Shown piece by piece: positions 36,855 through 46,000 of a stretch of 64,000 nt of DNA. The notes under the pieces are model-generated. The model had not been told where the DNA came from. It saw only the letters and a list, made by a program, of their open reading frames with translations, and ran no database searches. The translations under genes were made by a program, and so were the position numbers. Origin of the DNA: Acidimicrobiales bacterium (lineage in GTDB: Bacteria > Actinomycetota > Acidimicrobiia > Acidimicrobiales > Ilumatobacteraceae); contig JAXLRF010000005.1 of NCBI GenBank assembly GCA_046331225.1, positions 166,647-230,646 of the forward strand, in the 5' to 3' direction. The first letter of the stretch is position 1. Every line of letters begins with the position of its first letter.

Positions 36855-37514
36855 TCAGGCCATCACGAGGATGCGTGCGCTCGCGAACGCACCGACGCCG
36901 ATGTGGCGGCCCTCGATCTCGACCGTGACGGTGCCGTCGGGCGACGCTGCGGTGAGCACCCCGTTGCGGCCGGGCTGGATGGCCGACGCCTCGAGGAAGT
37001 CGAGCATGCCCGGTGTGAACTCGAGCTCTTCGGGGATGCGGCTGACGGTGAAGCGCTGGCCGATCGTGAGCGTCGCGAGCGGCGTGCTGTCGGGCGCGGC
37101 GTAGGCCGAACCCGGGATCGGGTTGCCGTGCGGGCAGGTGTCGGGGCTGCCGAGCACCCGGTCCATCGCGGCCTCGACCGCGTCGCTCATCACGTGCTCC
37201 CACTTGCCGGCCTCGTGGTGCGCCTCGGCCCACGACAGGCCGAGCATGTCGGTGAGGAAGCGTTCGGCGAGCCGGTGGCGGCGCACCACACGCTGGGCGA
37301 GCAGTTGCCCGGTGGCGGTGAGCGTGATCCCGTCGGTGAGTGTGACGAGTCCTTCGCCCTCGAGCCGGCGGATCATCTCGCTGACGGCCGGACGGCTGAC
37401 CTGCAGGCGCTCGGCGATGCGCGCCTGGATGACGTCGACGTCGTCCTCGGCGAGCTCCCAGATGCACTCGCAGTACTCCTCGAAGGCGGGGTGGTGCTCT
37501 CCGGAGGCGGCCAT
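36855..37514 (-). CDS. DtxR/IdeR/MntR-family metal-dependent transcriptional regulator
   Basis: An HTH (ARIAERLQVSRPAVSEMIRRLEGEGLV), the dimerisation/metal block RRHRLAERFLTDMLGLSW...HHEAGKWEHV, PHGNPIP, and a FeoA/SH3-like C-terminus. Confidence 0.85.
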   Translation of the reverse strand: MAASGEHHPAFEEYCECIWELAEDDVDVIQARIAERLQVSRPAVSEMIRRLEGEGLVTLTDGITLTATGQLLAQRVVRRHRLAERFLTDMLGLSWAEAHHEAGKWEHVMSDAVEAAMDRVLGSPDTCPHGNPIPGSAYAAPDSTPLATLTIGQRFTVSRIPEELEFTPGMLDFLEASAIQPGRNGVLTAASPDGTVTVEIEGRHIGVGAFASARILVMA

Positions 37515-37545
37515 GTCGCGAAGACTACCCCCGGTCGGCCCCGGC

Positions 37546-39333
37546 TCAGCGGCCGCGTGCCCGACGCAACCACGATTCGGCGTAGCGCAACCGACGCTCG
37601 AGCTGGTCGGTGGTGGCGGCGCTCACCTTGGCGATGCCGGCCAGCCGGTTCATCTCGGCGTTGACCTTGCCGTGGCTGAGCCCGGTGAGGTCGACGAGGC
37701 GCTGCGCGACGAACGCGTTGCGGGCGCGCAGGTCCTCCTTGATCTCGGCGGTGCTGCGCTGTCCCTCGAGCACGTAGCCGGCGTCGGTGGGGATCGCCGG
37801 CAGGTGCAGGTCGAGCGGCGGCCGGTCGGCGGGATCGGTGCCGTCGTCGCCGTCGAGCGCCCAGTCGGCGAACTCGGGCTCGTCGTCGAACGCGACCCCT
37901 TCGGCCGTGACGGTGTGCACCGACATGCCGGTGGCCACGGCGCTCAGCACCGAGAACAGCGACAGCTGCTCGGGGTCGTCGCGGGTGGCGGTGGAGTCGA
38001 GCTCGGCGGCGGCCTCGCCGTCGACGGTGGCCAGGTCGTCGTTCGCCGCCGGCGGTCGCAGCACGTGGCGGCGTGCCTCGGCGATCTGGAAGGCGTGGGT
38101 GCGCAGGCGCGGATCGTCGGGCAGGAACACGTACGCCTTCTGCGAGCCCTTGCCGGCCTGCCATCGCACGAATCGGCCGACCGCCTGCCGGAAGAACAGC
38201 TCGGTGCTGGTGGTGGTCGCGTAGACGCCGACGCGCAGACGGGGGATGTCGACGCCTTCGCTCACCATGCGCACGGCGACGAGCCACGGCGCATCGCTGG
38301 CGGCGAACTTCTCGATGCGGCTGGACGCGGTGGGGTCGTCGCTGACCACCACCTCGGCCGGCACGCCGAAGTTGCGGCGGATCAACGCTGCGATGCCGTG
38401 CGCGTGCTGTTGGTCCATCGCGATCACGAGGCCGCCTGCGTCGGGTTGACCGCCGGGCGCGTTGCGGATGGCCATGAGTCGCTCGTGTGCCTGGCGGACG
38501 ACAGCGGGGAGCCAGTCGCCGTCGAGGCTCAGCGCGGTGCGGAGCCGTTGGGCCATCTGGTCGCGCGCGAGCTCGTCGTGGAAGTTGGCGCTGATGACGC
38601 TGCCGTCGGGGGCGCTCCACTCCATCACGCCGTCGAAGCGCGGGAAGTAGACGGGCCGCACCACGCCGCCGTCGCGCAGGGCGTCGGCGTAGCCGTAGGT
38701 GTAGTGGCTGAAGGCCATCTCGCCCTCGGCGGTGGTCTCGTACTGCACGAACGGGATCTGGCTGGCGTCGCTGCGGAACGGCGTGCCGCTCAGGCACAGG
38801 CGGCGGTGCGCGGGCTCGAACGCGAGCCGCACGCTGTCGCCCCAGGCGCGCTCGTCGCCGGCGTGGTGGATCTCGTCGAGGATCACGAACGCGTCGTGGG
38901 CGAGGCCGCGCAACACCTTGGCGGTGCCGGCGGTGGCGACGTGTTGGTAGGTGGTGACGAGCCCGTGGACGTCGCGCGCGAGGCCACCCTGCGGGGTCCA
39001 GTCGGGGTCGAGTTCGAGCCCGAGGCGGTGGGCGGCGAGCGCCCACTGGTGCTTCAGGTGGCTGGTGGGCGCGACGACGATCAGCCGCCGGCGTTCCTGG
39101 CCGAGGGCCCACCGCGCGCAGGTGAGCGCGAAGGTCGTCTTGCCGGCGCCGGGCGTGGCGACGGCGAGGTAGTCGGGGGCCTCGTGCGCGGTGAACCGGT
39201 CGAACGCGGCGCGCTGCCACGGGCGCAGCCGCACGCTCGGGGCACCGCTCGCCGGCGAGGGCGTGCTGGCGGTGGCGGGCGTGGCGGACGCGGCGCCGGG
39301 CACGGCGGACGAGGGGGATCCGGACGTGGCCAT
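37546..39333 (-). CDS. SF2 DEAD/DEAH-box (DEIH) helicase
   Basis: LRPWQ, Walker A ATPGAGKTTFAL, DEIHHAG, and motif VI-like QAVGRFVRW. I call the ATG at 39333 (MATSGSP). The tracked start at 39462 adds 43 codons with atypically AT-rich third positions. Confidence 0.8.
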   Translation of the reverse strand: MATSGSPSSAVPGAASATPATASTPSPASGAPSVRLRPWQRAAFDRFTAHEAPDYLAVATPGAGKTTFALTCARWALGQERRRLIVVAPTSHLKHQWALAAHRLGLELDPDWTPQGGLARDVHGLVTTYQHVATAGTAKVLRGLAHDAFVILDEIHHAGDERAWGDSVRLAFEPAHRRLCLSGTPFRSDASQIPFVQYETTAEGEMAFSHYTYGYADALRDGGVVRPVYFPRFDGVMEWSAPDGSVISANFHDELARDQMAQRLRTALSLDGDWLPAVVRQAHERLMAIRNAPGGQPDAGGLVIAMDQQHAHGIAALIRRNFGVPAEVVVSDDPTASSRIEKFAASDAPWLVAVRMVSEGVDIPRLRVGVYATTTSTELFFRQAVGRFVRWQAGKGSQKAYVFLPDDPRLRTHAFQIAEARRHVLRPPAANDDLATVDGEAAAELDSTATRDDPEQLSLFSVLSAVATGMSVHTVTAEGVAFDDEPEFADWALDGDDGTDPADRPPLDLHLPAIPTDAGYVLEGQRSTAEIKEDLRARNAFVAQRLVDLTGLSHGKVNAEMNRLAGIAKVSAATTDQLERRLRYAESWLRRARGR

Positions 39334-39538
39334 GGGGTGCACCAGTCTGCCAAGTGCGATCGCCGTTCGGAGCGGATCGCGGAGACCGGTGGCCTCGTCG
39401 ACGTGATCACGCTCCGTGACCAGCGATCTCAACTTCTGCTCAGATTTCGGCTCGAGTTCCATGACGTTCCACGACGACCGGGGACTGTTCTCAACGTGAC
39501 CAGGTGCTTCGCCGCCCGGATGGTCGCCGCACCCCCCT

Positions 39539-39553
39539 GAATAGGGGGTATTC
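39539..39553. promoter_or_regulatory. Perfect palindrome GAATA-GGGGG-TATTC, overlapping a second hairpin CCCCC-TGAATA-GGGGG at 39533-39548
   Basis: Read directly from the sequence. It lies in the comparatively AT-rich divergent intergenic region between the SF2 helicase and the GAF-PAS gene. Confidence 0.4.
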
Positions 39554-39610
39554 CATGGATCGCACCCGCGCGTCCGTGCGTGACGGCCGGCGGAGCGGAC
39601 GGTCAGGATC

Positions 39611-41353
39611 GTGTTGGCACCCGTGCATCACGTCGACGAAGCGGCGCGCCTCGAAGCGCTCGCCCGTCTGCGGCTGCTCGACGGCGGTGACGAGGAGCGG
39701 TTCGACCGGCTCGTCCGACTCGCCGTGGCGATGTTCCAGGCGCCGATGGGCATGATCAGCCTCGTCGACGAACACCGACAGTGGTACAAGTCCCGCCTCG
39801 GCCTGCACGAGCCCGCCGTCGCCCGGCACCTGTCGTTCTGCGCCCATGCGATCAACGAGCCGAGCGGCCGGCTGGTGGTCGAGGACGCGACGAAGGACGC
39901 CCGCTTCGCCGATCACCCCTTCGTCACCGGCGAGCAGCACCTGCGCTCGTACGCCGGGTACGTGCTGCACGACCCGAGCGGGCTGCCGCTCGGCACGATC
40001 GCCGTCGCCGACCGGATGACGCGGCGCTTCACCGAGGACGAGTTGGCGACGCTCGCCGACCTCGCCGCGATCGCCGAGCGCGAGATCGCGTCGACCGCCG
40101 ACGTCGACGCGCTGCGTCGCATCGAGCGCGTCGAGCAGCGCAAACGACTCGCGATGGAGGCCCTCACCGAGGGCTTCGTCTTCCAGGCACCGTCGGGTGA
40201 GATCCTCGAGTGGAACGCGGCGGCCGAGCGGGTGCTGGGGTTGGACGCCGACGAGCTGGCCGGCCGCAGCTCGATCGACTCGCGATGGCGCTGCGTGCGC
40301 GAGGACGGCACCGACTGGCCGGGCGACACCCACCCGGCGATGCAGGCCATGGCCACCGGGGATCCCGTGCACGACGCCGTGATGGGCGTGCACCGACCGT
40401 CCGGCGACCTCGTGTGGCTGCGCGTCAACGCCCGACCGCTCGTCGACGACGACGGCCTGCTGCTCGGTGCGTTCACCGCGTTCCAGGACATCACGACCGA
40501 GCTCGAGGTCGAGCGACGCAACGTCGCGCTCGCCGAGCGCCTCACCGCGGCGATCGAGGCCGGCGGCATCGGCACCGCGCTGCTCGACGGGAGCGGTCGG
40601 ATCACCTTCGCCAACCAGGCGCTGGCGTCGATCCTCGACGCGGCTCGTCGCGAGCTCGACGGTGCGCCGCTCACCCACTGGTTCCAGCAGAGCGACCCGG
40701 TGCACCGCCAGATGGACGAACTGCTGGCCGGGACGCGCCACCAGATCTCGGCCGACGTGTGCCTCGCGCCGCTCGACGACAGCACCTCGTCGCTGCTCGC
40801 ATCGGGCCTCACCGCGCCCGACGCCCGCTGGATCCGGCTCAACCTCAACCGTCTGCCCGGCATCGCCGGCGACGAGGCGACGATGATCGCCCAGGTCACC
40901 GACATCACCTTGCGTCGCCACCTCGAAGCCGATCTGGCCCGGAGCGAGGAGCTGGCCCGGGTGTCGCTCGACGTGCTCGAGCAGGGTGTGGTGTTCGTCA
41001 GCCCCACCCTCGGCACGCTGCGCGTGAATCCCGCCGCCGTGCGCCTGCTGGGCATCGCCCCCGAGGACGACTACTCGATGGCCTTGACGTCGCACGACTG
41101 GGCCCTGCTCGACGACTCGCTGCGGCTGATCCCGCCGGAGGAGAACCCGGTGAACGTCGCGCTCGAGTCCGGCGAGCCGGTGCGCGACCAGGTGCTGTGG
41201 CTGCGCCGGTTCGACGGTGCCTACCTGCGGGTGCGGATGTCGGTGATGCCCTTCGGCTGGACCGACGAGGTGGTGATCGCGTTCAGCGACATCACCGCCT
41301 ACACCCGACTGGGGCAGCCCCGACCCGAGCAGGTGCACGCCGGCACGGTGTGA
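39611..41353 (+). CDS. GAF domain plus three PAS-like domains; sensor protein with no recognisable output domain
   Basis: N-terminal GAF block (RFDRLVRLAVAMFQAPMGMISLVD...FCAHAI...YAGYVLHDPSGLPLGTIAV). Three PAS-like repeats follow (ILEWNAAAERVLG..., ITFANQALASIL..., LRVNPAAVRLLG...). AGGA lies 5 nt upstream of the GTG at 39611. Confidence 0.75.
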   Translation: MLAPVHHVDEAARLEALARLRLLDGGDEERFDRLVRLAVAMFQAPMGMISLVDEHRQWYKSRLGLHEPAVARHLSFCAHAINEPSGRLVVEDATKDARFADHPFVTGEQHLRSYAGYVLHDPSGLPLGTIAVADRMTRRFTEDELATLADLAAIAEREIASTADVDALRRIERVEQRKRLAMEALTEGFVFQAPSGEILEWNAAAERVLGLDADELAGRSSIDSRWRCVREDGTDWPGDTHPAMQAMATGDPVHDAVMGVHRPSGDLVWLRVNARPLVDDDGLLLGAFTAFQDITTELEVERRNVALAERLTAAIEAGGIGTALLDGSGRITFANQALASILDAARRELDGAPLTHWFQQSDPVHRQMDELLAGTRHQISADVCLAPLDDSTSSLLASGLTAPDARWIRLNLNRLPGIAGDEATMIAQVTDITLRRHLEADLARSEELARVSLDVLEQGVVFVSPTLGTLRVNPAAVRLLGIAPEDDYSMALTSHDWALLDDSLRLIPPEENPVNVALESGEPVRDQVLWLRRFDGAYLRVRMSVMPFGWTDEVVIAFSDITAYTRLGQPRPEQVHAGTV

Positions 41354-41376
41354 CACCCCCGTCGTAGCCTGGGGGC

Positions 41377-44300
41377 GTGGCTCACCATCCCGTGCTCGAC
41401 CGGTTCTCGCCGGCGGTGCGCGCCTGGTTCGCCACCTCGTTCCCCGAGCCCACGCCGCCACAGGTGCAGGGCTGGCCGCACATCGCGCAGGGCGAGCACA
41501 CGCTGATCTGCGCGCCCACGGGCTCGGGCAAGACCCTCACCGCGTTCCTCGCCTCGATCGACCGGCTCACCACCACGCCGCCGCCCGACGCGAAGGCCCG
41601 CACGCGGGTGCTCTACATCTCGCCGTTGCGCGCCCTCGCATTCGACGTCGAGAAGAACCTGCGCTCGCCGCTCATGGGCATCGCGCTCGCGGCCGAACGC
41701 CTCGGCGAGTCGTTCGTCGAGCCGGTCGTGGCGATGCGCACCGGCGACACGTCGGCCAAGGACCGCCAGGCGCTCATCCGGCGACCACCCGACCTCCTCA
41801 TCACCACCCCCGAGAGCCTGTACCTGATGCTCACCTCGTCGGCGCGCGACACGCTCGTCAACGTCGACACGGTGATCATCGACGAGATCCACGCGCTCGC
41901 TCCCACCAAGCGCGGCGCGCACCTGGCGCTCACGCTCGAACGGCTCGAAGAGGTCACCGTCGCCCCGCCGCAGCGCATCGGCCTGTCGGCCACCCAGCGC
42001 CCGCTCGAGGAGGTCGCGCACTTCCTCGGCGGTCACGCCGACGACGGATCGCTGCGACCGGTCGTGATCGTCGACGCCGGCATCCGCAAGCCGCTGCTCG
42101 TCGACGTGGTCGTCCCGGTCGAGGACATGGGCGACCTCGGAGGATCGTCGGCGCCGGCACCCGAGATCCGCAGCGGCCCGGCCGGCTCGGTCGCCCCGGC
42201 CCGGTCGAGCATCTGGCCGAGCATCTACCCGCGCATCCTCGACCAGATCCTCGAGCACCGGACCACGATCGTGTTCACCAACGCCCGGCGGTCGGCCGAG
42301 CGGCTGGCCGCCCGGCTCAACGAGCAGTACCACGACCGCCGGCTGATGGCGGGCGAGATCGAGCCCGGCGCGCCGGTGGTCGAACTGGTGAAGGCTCACC
42401 ACGGCTCGCTCGCCCGCGAACAGCGCGTGGTCATCGAAGACGAGCTCAAGCGCGGTGCACTGCGGGCGATCGTGGCCACCTCGAGCCTCGAGCTCGGCAT
42501 CGACATGGGAGCGGTCGACCTGGTGGTGCAGGTCGAGTCGCCCGGTGCCGTCAGCCGCGGCCTGCAGCGCATCGGGCGTGCCGGCCACTCGGTCGGCGAG
42601 CCGAGCAAGGGCACGCTCTACCCCAAGCACCGCGGCGACCTGCTCGAGGCGGCGGTCGTGGTGCGCCGGATGATCGACGGCGACATCGAGACCACCCGGT
42701 TCCTGCGCAACCCGCTCGACGTGCTGGCCCAGCACCTGGTGGCCCACGTGTCGATCACCGGCGACGTCGCGCTCGCCGACCTGGCCCGGCTCGTCCGCCG
42801 CTGCGCGTGCTTCCACGAGCTGAGCGACGAGCTGCTCGCCAACGTCCTCGACCTGCTGTCGGGCCGCTATCCGAGCGAGGAGTTCAGCGAGCTCCGGCCG
42901 CGCCTGGTGTGGGATCGCGTCAACGACACGGTGCGCGCCCGCGAGGGGTCGCGTCGGCTCGCCGTCACGAGTGGCGGCACCATTCCCGATCGCGGTCTGT
43001 TCGGCGTGTTCCTGCCCGACGGCACGCGCGTCGGCGAGCTCGACGAGGAGATGGTCTACGAGAGCCGGCCCGGCGAGACCTTCGTGCTCGGCGCGTCGAC
43101 GTGGCGGATCGAGGACATCACCTTCGAACGGGTCACCGTCACCCCGGCACCGGGCGAGCCGGGCAAGATGCCGTTCTGGCACGGCGACCGCCCGGGTCGG
43201 CCGCTCGAGCTCGGGCGAGCGCTCGGCGCGTTCCAGCGCGAGGTGCACGCCGCCGAACGCGACCAGGCCCTCGCCACCTTGCAGTCGGCCTACGCGCTCG
43301 ACCCGCTCGCGGCCAACAACGTGTTGCTCTACCTCGACGAGCAGGCGCAGTCCACCGGCGTGGTGCCCGACGACCGAACGGTGGTGGTCGAGCGGTTCCG
43401 CGACGAGATCGGCGACTGGCGGGTGTGCATCCTCAGTCCGTTCGGCACGCCCGTGCACGCGCCGTGGGCGATGGCGATCGAACGACGGCTGATGGACCGC
43501 TACGACCTGCCGGTCGAGACGATGTGGGGCGACGACGGCATCGTGCTGCGCCTGCCCGAGGCCGCCGACGAGATCCCGATCGACGAGCTCGTCATCGATC
43601 CCGACGACATCGACGAGCTGGTGCTGTCGTCGCTGCCGCAGACGTCGCTGTTCTCGGCCCGGTTCCGCGAGTGCGCGGCCCGGGCGCTGTTGCTGCCGCG
43701 CCGCCGACCCGACCGTCGCACCCCGCTGTGGCAGCAACGCCAGCGTGCCGCCGACCTGCTGGCCGTGGCCGCCAAGTACCCGAGCTTCCCGATCCTGCTC
43801 GAGACCTCCCGCGAGTGCGTGCAGGACGTGTTCGACCTGCCGGCGCTGCGCGAGGTGCTCGGCCAACTGCGCAGCCGGGCGGTGCGCGTGGTCACCGTCG
43901 ACACCGCCAAGGCGTCGCCGTTCGCGCAGAGCCTGCTGTTCAACTGGATCGCCGCCTACATGTACGAGGGCGACGCACCGTTGGCCGAGCGCCGTGCGGC
44001 GGCGTTGGCGCTCGATCGCGACCTGTTGCGTGATCTGCTCGGCGCCGAGGAGCTGCGCGAGCTGCTCGACCCGGGTGTGCTCGCCGATCTCGAGCTCGAG
44101 CTGCAGTGTCTCACCGAGGGCCGGCGCGCCCGCGACCCCGACGAGCTGCACGACGTGCTGCGCAAGGTGGGCGACCTGTCGGCGGCCGAGATCGACCTGC
44201 GGTGCGAGGGCAGCGACGGTCGCGAGTGGGTGGCCGAGCTGATCCGTGCGCGTCGCGCGGTCGAGATCGGCATCGCCGACGAGATGCGCGTGATCGCCGC

Positions 44301-45900
44301 CGAGGACGCGTCGCGCTATCGAGATGCGCTCGGCTGCTCGTTGCCGCTCGGGTTGCCACGTGCGTTCACCGACCCCGTGCCGCTGCCGCTCGAATCGCTC
44401 GTCGCCCGCTGGGCACGCACCCATGCGCCGTTCGTGGCCGACGACCTCGCCAAACGGCTCGCGGTGCCGATCACCCGGATCACCGGTGCGCTGAGCGCGC
44501 TCGAGGCCGACGAACGCGTGGTGCGCGGCGAGTTCCGGCCCGACGGTGCCACTCGCGAGTGGTGCGACGTCGACGTGCTGCGCCAGCTGCGGCGGCGGTC
44601 GTTGGCGGCGTTGCGGCGCGAAGTCGAGCCGGTCGAGCCCGACGCGTACGCGCGATTCCTCACCCAGTGGCACGGCATCCCCGGCGAACGGCGTGGACTC
44701 GAAGCCGTGGTCGAAGCGCTCGGGCTCGTGCAGGGCACCGCGCTGGTGGCGAGCTCGCTCGAGACCGACGTGCTCGCGAGCCGGGTGCGCGGATACCGGC
44801 CGGCCGACCTCGACGAGCTGTGCACCGCAGGCGAGATCATCTGGATCGGGGCCGGTTCGGTGGGGGCGCACGACGGTCGCGTGCGGTTGTTCTTCGCCGA
44901 CCAGCTCCCGCTGCTGGCCCCGTCGATCGAGCCGCAGGAGGCGCCCACCGGACCGGTGCACGACGCCATCCGCCTGCTCCTCGCCGAGCGAGGCGCGAGC
45001 TTCTGGACCCAGCTGCGTGCCGCCGCCCCGAGCGCCACCGAAGCCGAGCTGCTCACCGCGCTGTGGGACCTGGTCTGGGCCGGCGAGGTCACCAACGACA
45101 CGCTGGCACCATTGCGCGCCGTGGTGGGCGGGGCGCGTACCACGGGCCCGGCGCGGGGCGCCCCGCGCACCGGTCGTCCCCGTCCGGGACGGCTCACGCG
45201 CATCGGTCCACCCGCCGGGCAGGGACGCTGGAGCCTGGTGGCGCCGATGCTGCAGCCCGCGCCGCGGCCCACCGAGGCGGCGCACGCCGCGGCGTTGCAG
45301 ATGCTCGAGCGCTACGGCGTGGTCACCCGCGAGGCGGTGCTGGCCGAGAACGTGGTGGGGGGCTATGCCGGCGTGTACGGCGTGTTGAAGGTGCTCGAAG
45401 AGCGTGGCCAGACCCGACGCGGCTACTTCGTCTCCGGTCTCGGCGCGGCGCAGTTCAGCGTGCCGGGCGCCGTCGACCGGTTGCGGTCGGTGCGCGAGGC
45501 GCCCGATCCCGACCTGCACCCCGACGACGTCCCGCCGGCGATCGTGCTGGCGGCCACCGACCCGGCCCAGCCGTACGGTGCCGCGCTGCCGTGGCCGGTG
45601 TCGAAGGGCCGGCCGGCGCGCAGCGCCGGCGCACTCGTCGTGCTGTGGCAGGGGCTGCCGCTCGTGTGGTTCGACCGCCGTTCGCACCATCTCGTCACCT
45701 TCCCCGACACCCTCGACACCTGGGGTGGGCCGGCGTGGGCGGAGGCGCTGGCTGCGAGGGTGAAAGACGGCCGGGCGCGATCGGTCGAGGTGCGCAAGGT
45801 CGACGGCGAGGCCCTCGACCCGAAGAGCCCGATCGGCGACCTGCTGCGCCGCGCCGGTTTCGTCGACACCTATCGCGGCGTCGTGTTCCGCGCCACCTGA
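41377..45900 (+). CDS. lhr: Lhr-family large ATP-dependent DNA helicase
   Basis: 1507 aa. FSPAVRAWF, PTPPQ, CAPTGSGKTL, IIDEIHAL, and HHGSLAREQR at motif IV-V; the long C-terminal extension is typical of Lhr. Confidence 0.9.
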   Translation: MAHHPVLDRFSPAVRAWFATSFPEPTPPQVQGWPHIAQGEHTLICAPTGSGKTLTAFLASIDRLTTTPPPDAKARTRVLYISPLRALAFDVEKNLRSPLMGIALAAERLGESFVEPVVAMRTGDTSAKDRQALIRRPPDLLITTPESLYLMLTSSARDTLVNVDTVIIDEIHALAPTKRGAHLALTLERLEEVTVAPPQRIGLSATQRPLEEVAHFLGGHADDGSLRPVVIVDAGIRKPLLVDVVVPVEDMGDLGGSSAPAPEIRSGPAGSVAPARSSIWPSIYPRILDQILEHRTTIVFTNARRSAERLAARLNEQYHDRRLMAGEIEPGAPVVELVKAHHGSLAREQRVVIEDELKRGALRAIVATSSLELGIDMGAVDLVVQVESPGAVSRGLQRIGRAGHSVGEPSKGTLYPKHRGDLLEAAVVVRRMIDGDIETTRFLRNPLDVLAQHLVAHVSITGDVALADLARLVRRCACFHELSDELLANVLDLLSGRYPSEEFSELRPRLVWDRVNDTVRAREGSRRLAVTSGGTIPDRGLFGVFLPDGTRVGELDEEMVYESRPGETFVLGASTWRIEDITFERVTVTPAPGEPGKMPFWHGDRPGRPLELGRALGAFQREVHAAERDQALATLQSAYALDPLAANNVLLYLDEQAQSTGVVPDDRTVVVERFRDEIGDWRVCILSPFGTPVHAPWAMAIERRLMDRYDLPVETMWGDDGIVLRLPEAADEIPIDELVIDPDDIDELVLSSLPQTSLFSARFRECAARALLLPRRRPDRRTPLWQQRQRAADLLAVAAKYPSFPILLETSRECVQDVFDLPALREVLGQLRSRAVRVVTVDTAKASPFAQSLLFNWIAAYMYEGDAPLAERRAAALALDRDLLRDLLGAEELRELLDPGVLADLELELQCLTEGRRARDPDELHDVLRKVGDLSAAEIDLRCEGSDGREWVAELIRARRAVEIGIADEMRVIAAEDASRYRDALGCSLPLGLPRAFTDPVPLPLESLVARWARTHAPFVADDLAKRLAVPITRITGALSALEADERVVRGEFRPDGATREWCDVDVLRQLRRRSLAALRREVEPVEPDAYARFLTQWHGIPGERRGLEAVVEALGLVQGTALVASSLETDVLASRVRGYRPADLDELCTAGEIIWIGAGSVGAHDGRVRLFFADQLPLLAPSIEPQEAPTGPVHDAIRLLLAERGASFWTQLRAAAPSATEAELLTALWDLVWAGEVTNDTLAPLRAVVGGARTTGPARGAPRTGRPRPGRLTRIGPPAGQGRWSLVAPMLQPAPRPTEAAHAAALQMLERYGVVTREAVLAENVVGGYAGVYGVLKVLEERGQTRRGYFVSGLGAAQFSVPGAVDRLRSVREAPDPDLHPDDVPPAIVLAATDPAQPYGAALPWPVSKGRPARSAGALVVLWQGLPLVWFDRRSHHLVTFPDTLDTWGGPAWAEALAARVKDGRARSVEVRKVDGEALDPKSPIGDLLRRAGFVDTYRGVVFRAT

Positions 45901-45980
45901 CCGGCTCGGCGGGATGGATCGGCCCAGATCGGGCGTTGTCGTCCCGCGATCGCCGACGGGCGCCGATCCGGGTGGGCGTC

Positions 45981-45998
45981 GGTTACCCTTGGGTAACC
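45981..45998. promoter_or_regulatory. Perfect palindrome GGTTACCC-TT-GGGTAACC, candidate TetR operator
   Basis: 8-2-8 inverted repeat ending 2 nt before the TetR ATG at 46001. Confidence 0.55.
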
Positions 45999-46000
45999 GT

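Noticed and set aside
39334-39462. The tracked upstream start of the SF2 helicase (MELEPKSEQKLRSL...).
   Set aside because: Third-codon positions in these 43 codons are frequently A/T, unlike all confident coding sequence here. I prefer the ATG at 39333. The longer form is not excluded and is noted in the feature.
45981-45998. Whether the GGTTACCCTTGGGTAACC palindrome is an IdeR/DtxR iron box for the regulator at 36855-37514.
   Set aside because: It does not match the TWAGGTWAGSCTWACCTWA-type iron box well. It sits directly at a TetR gene start, so a TetR operator is the more economical reading.
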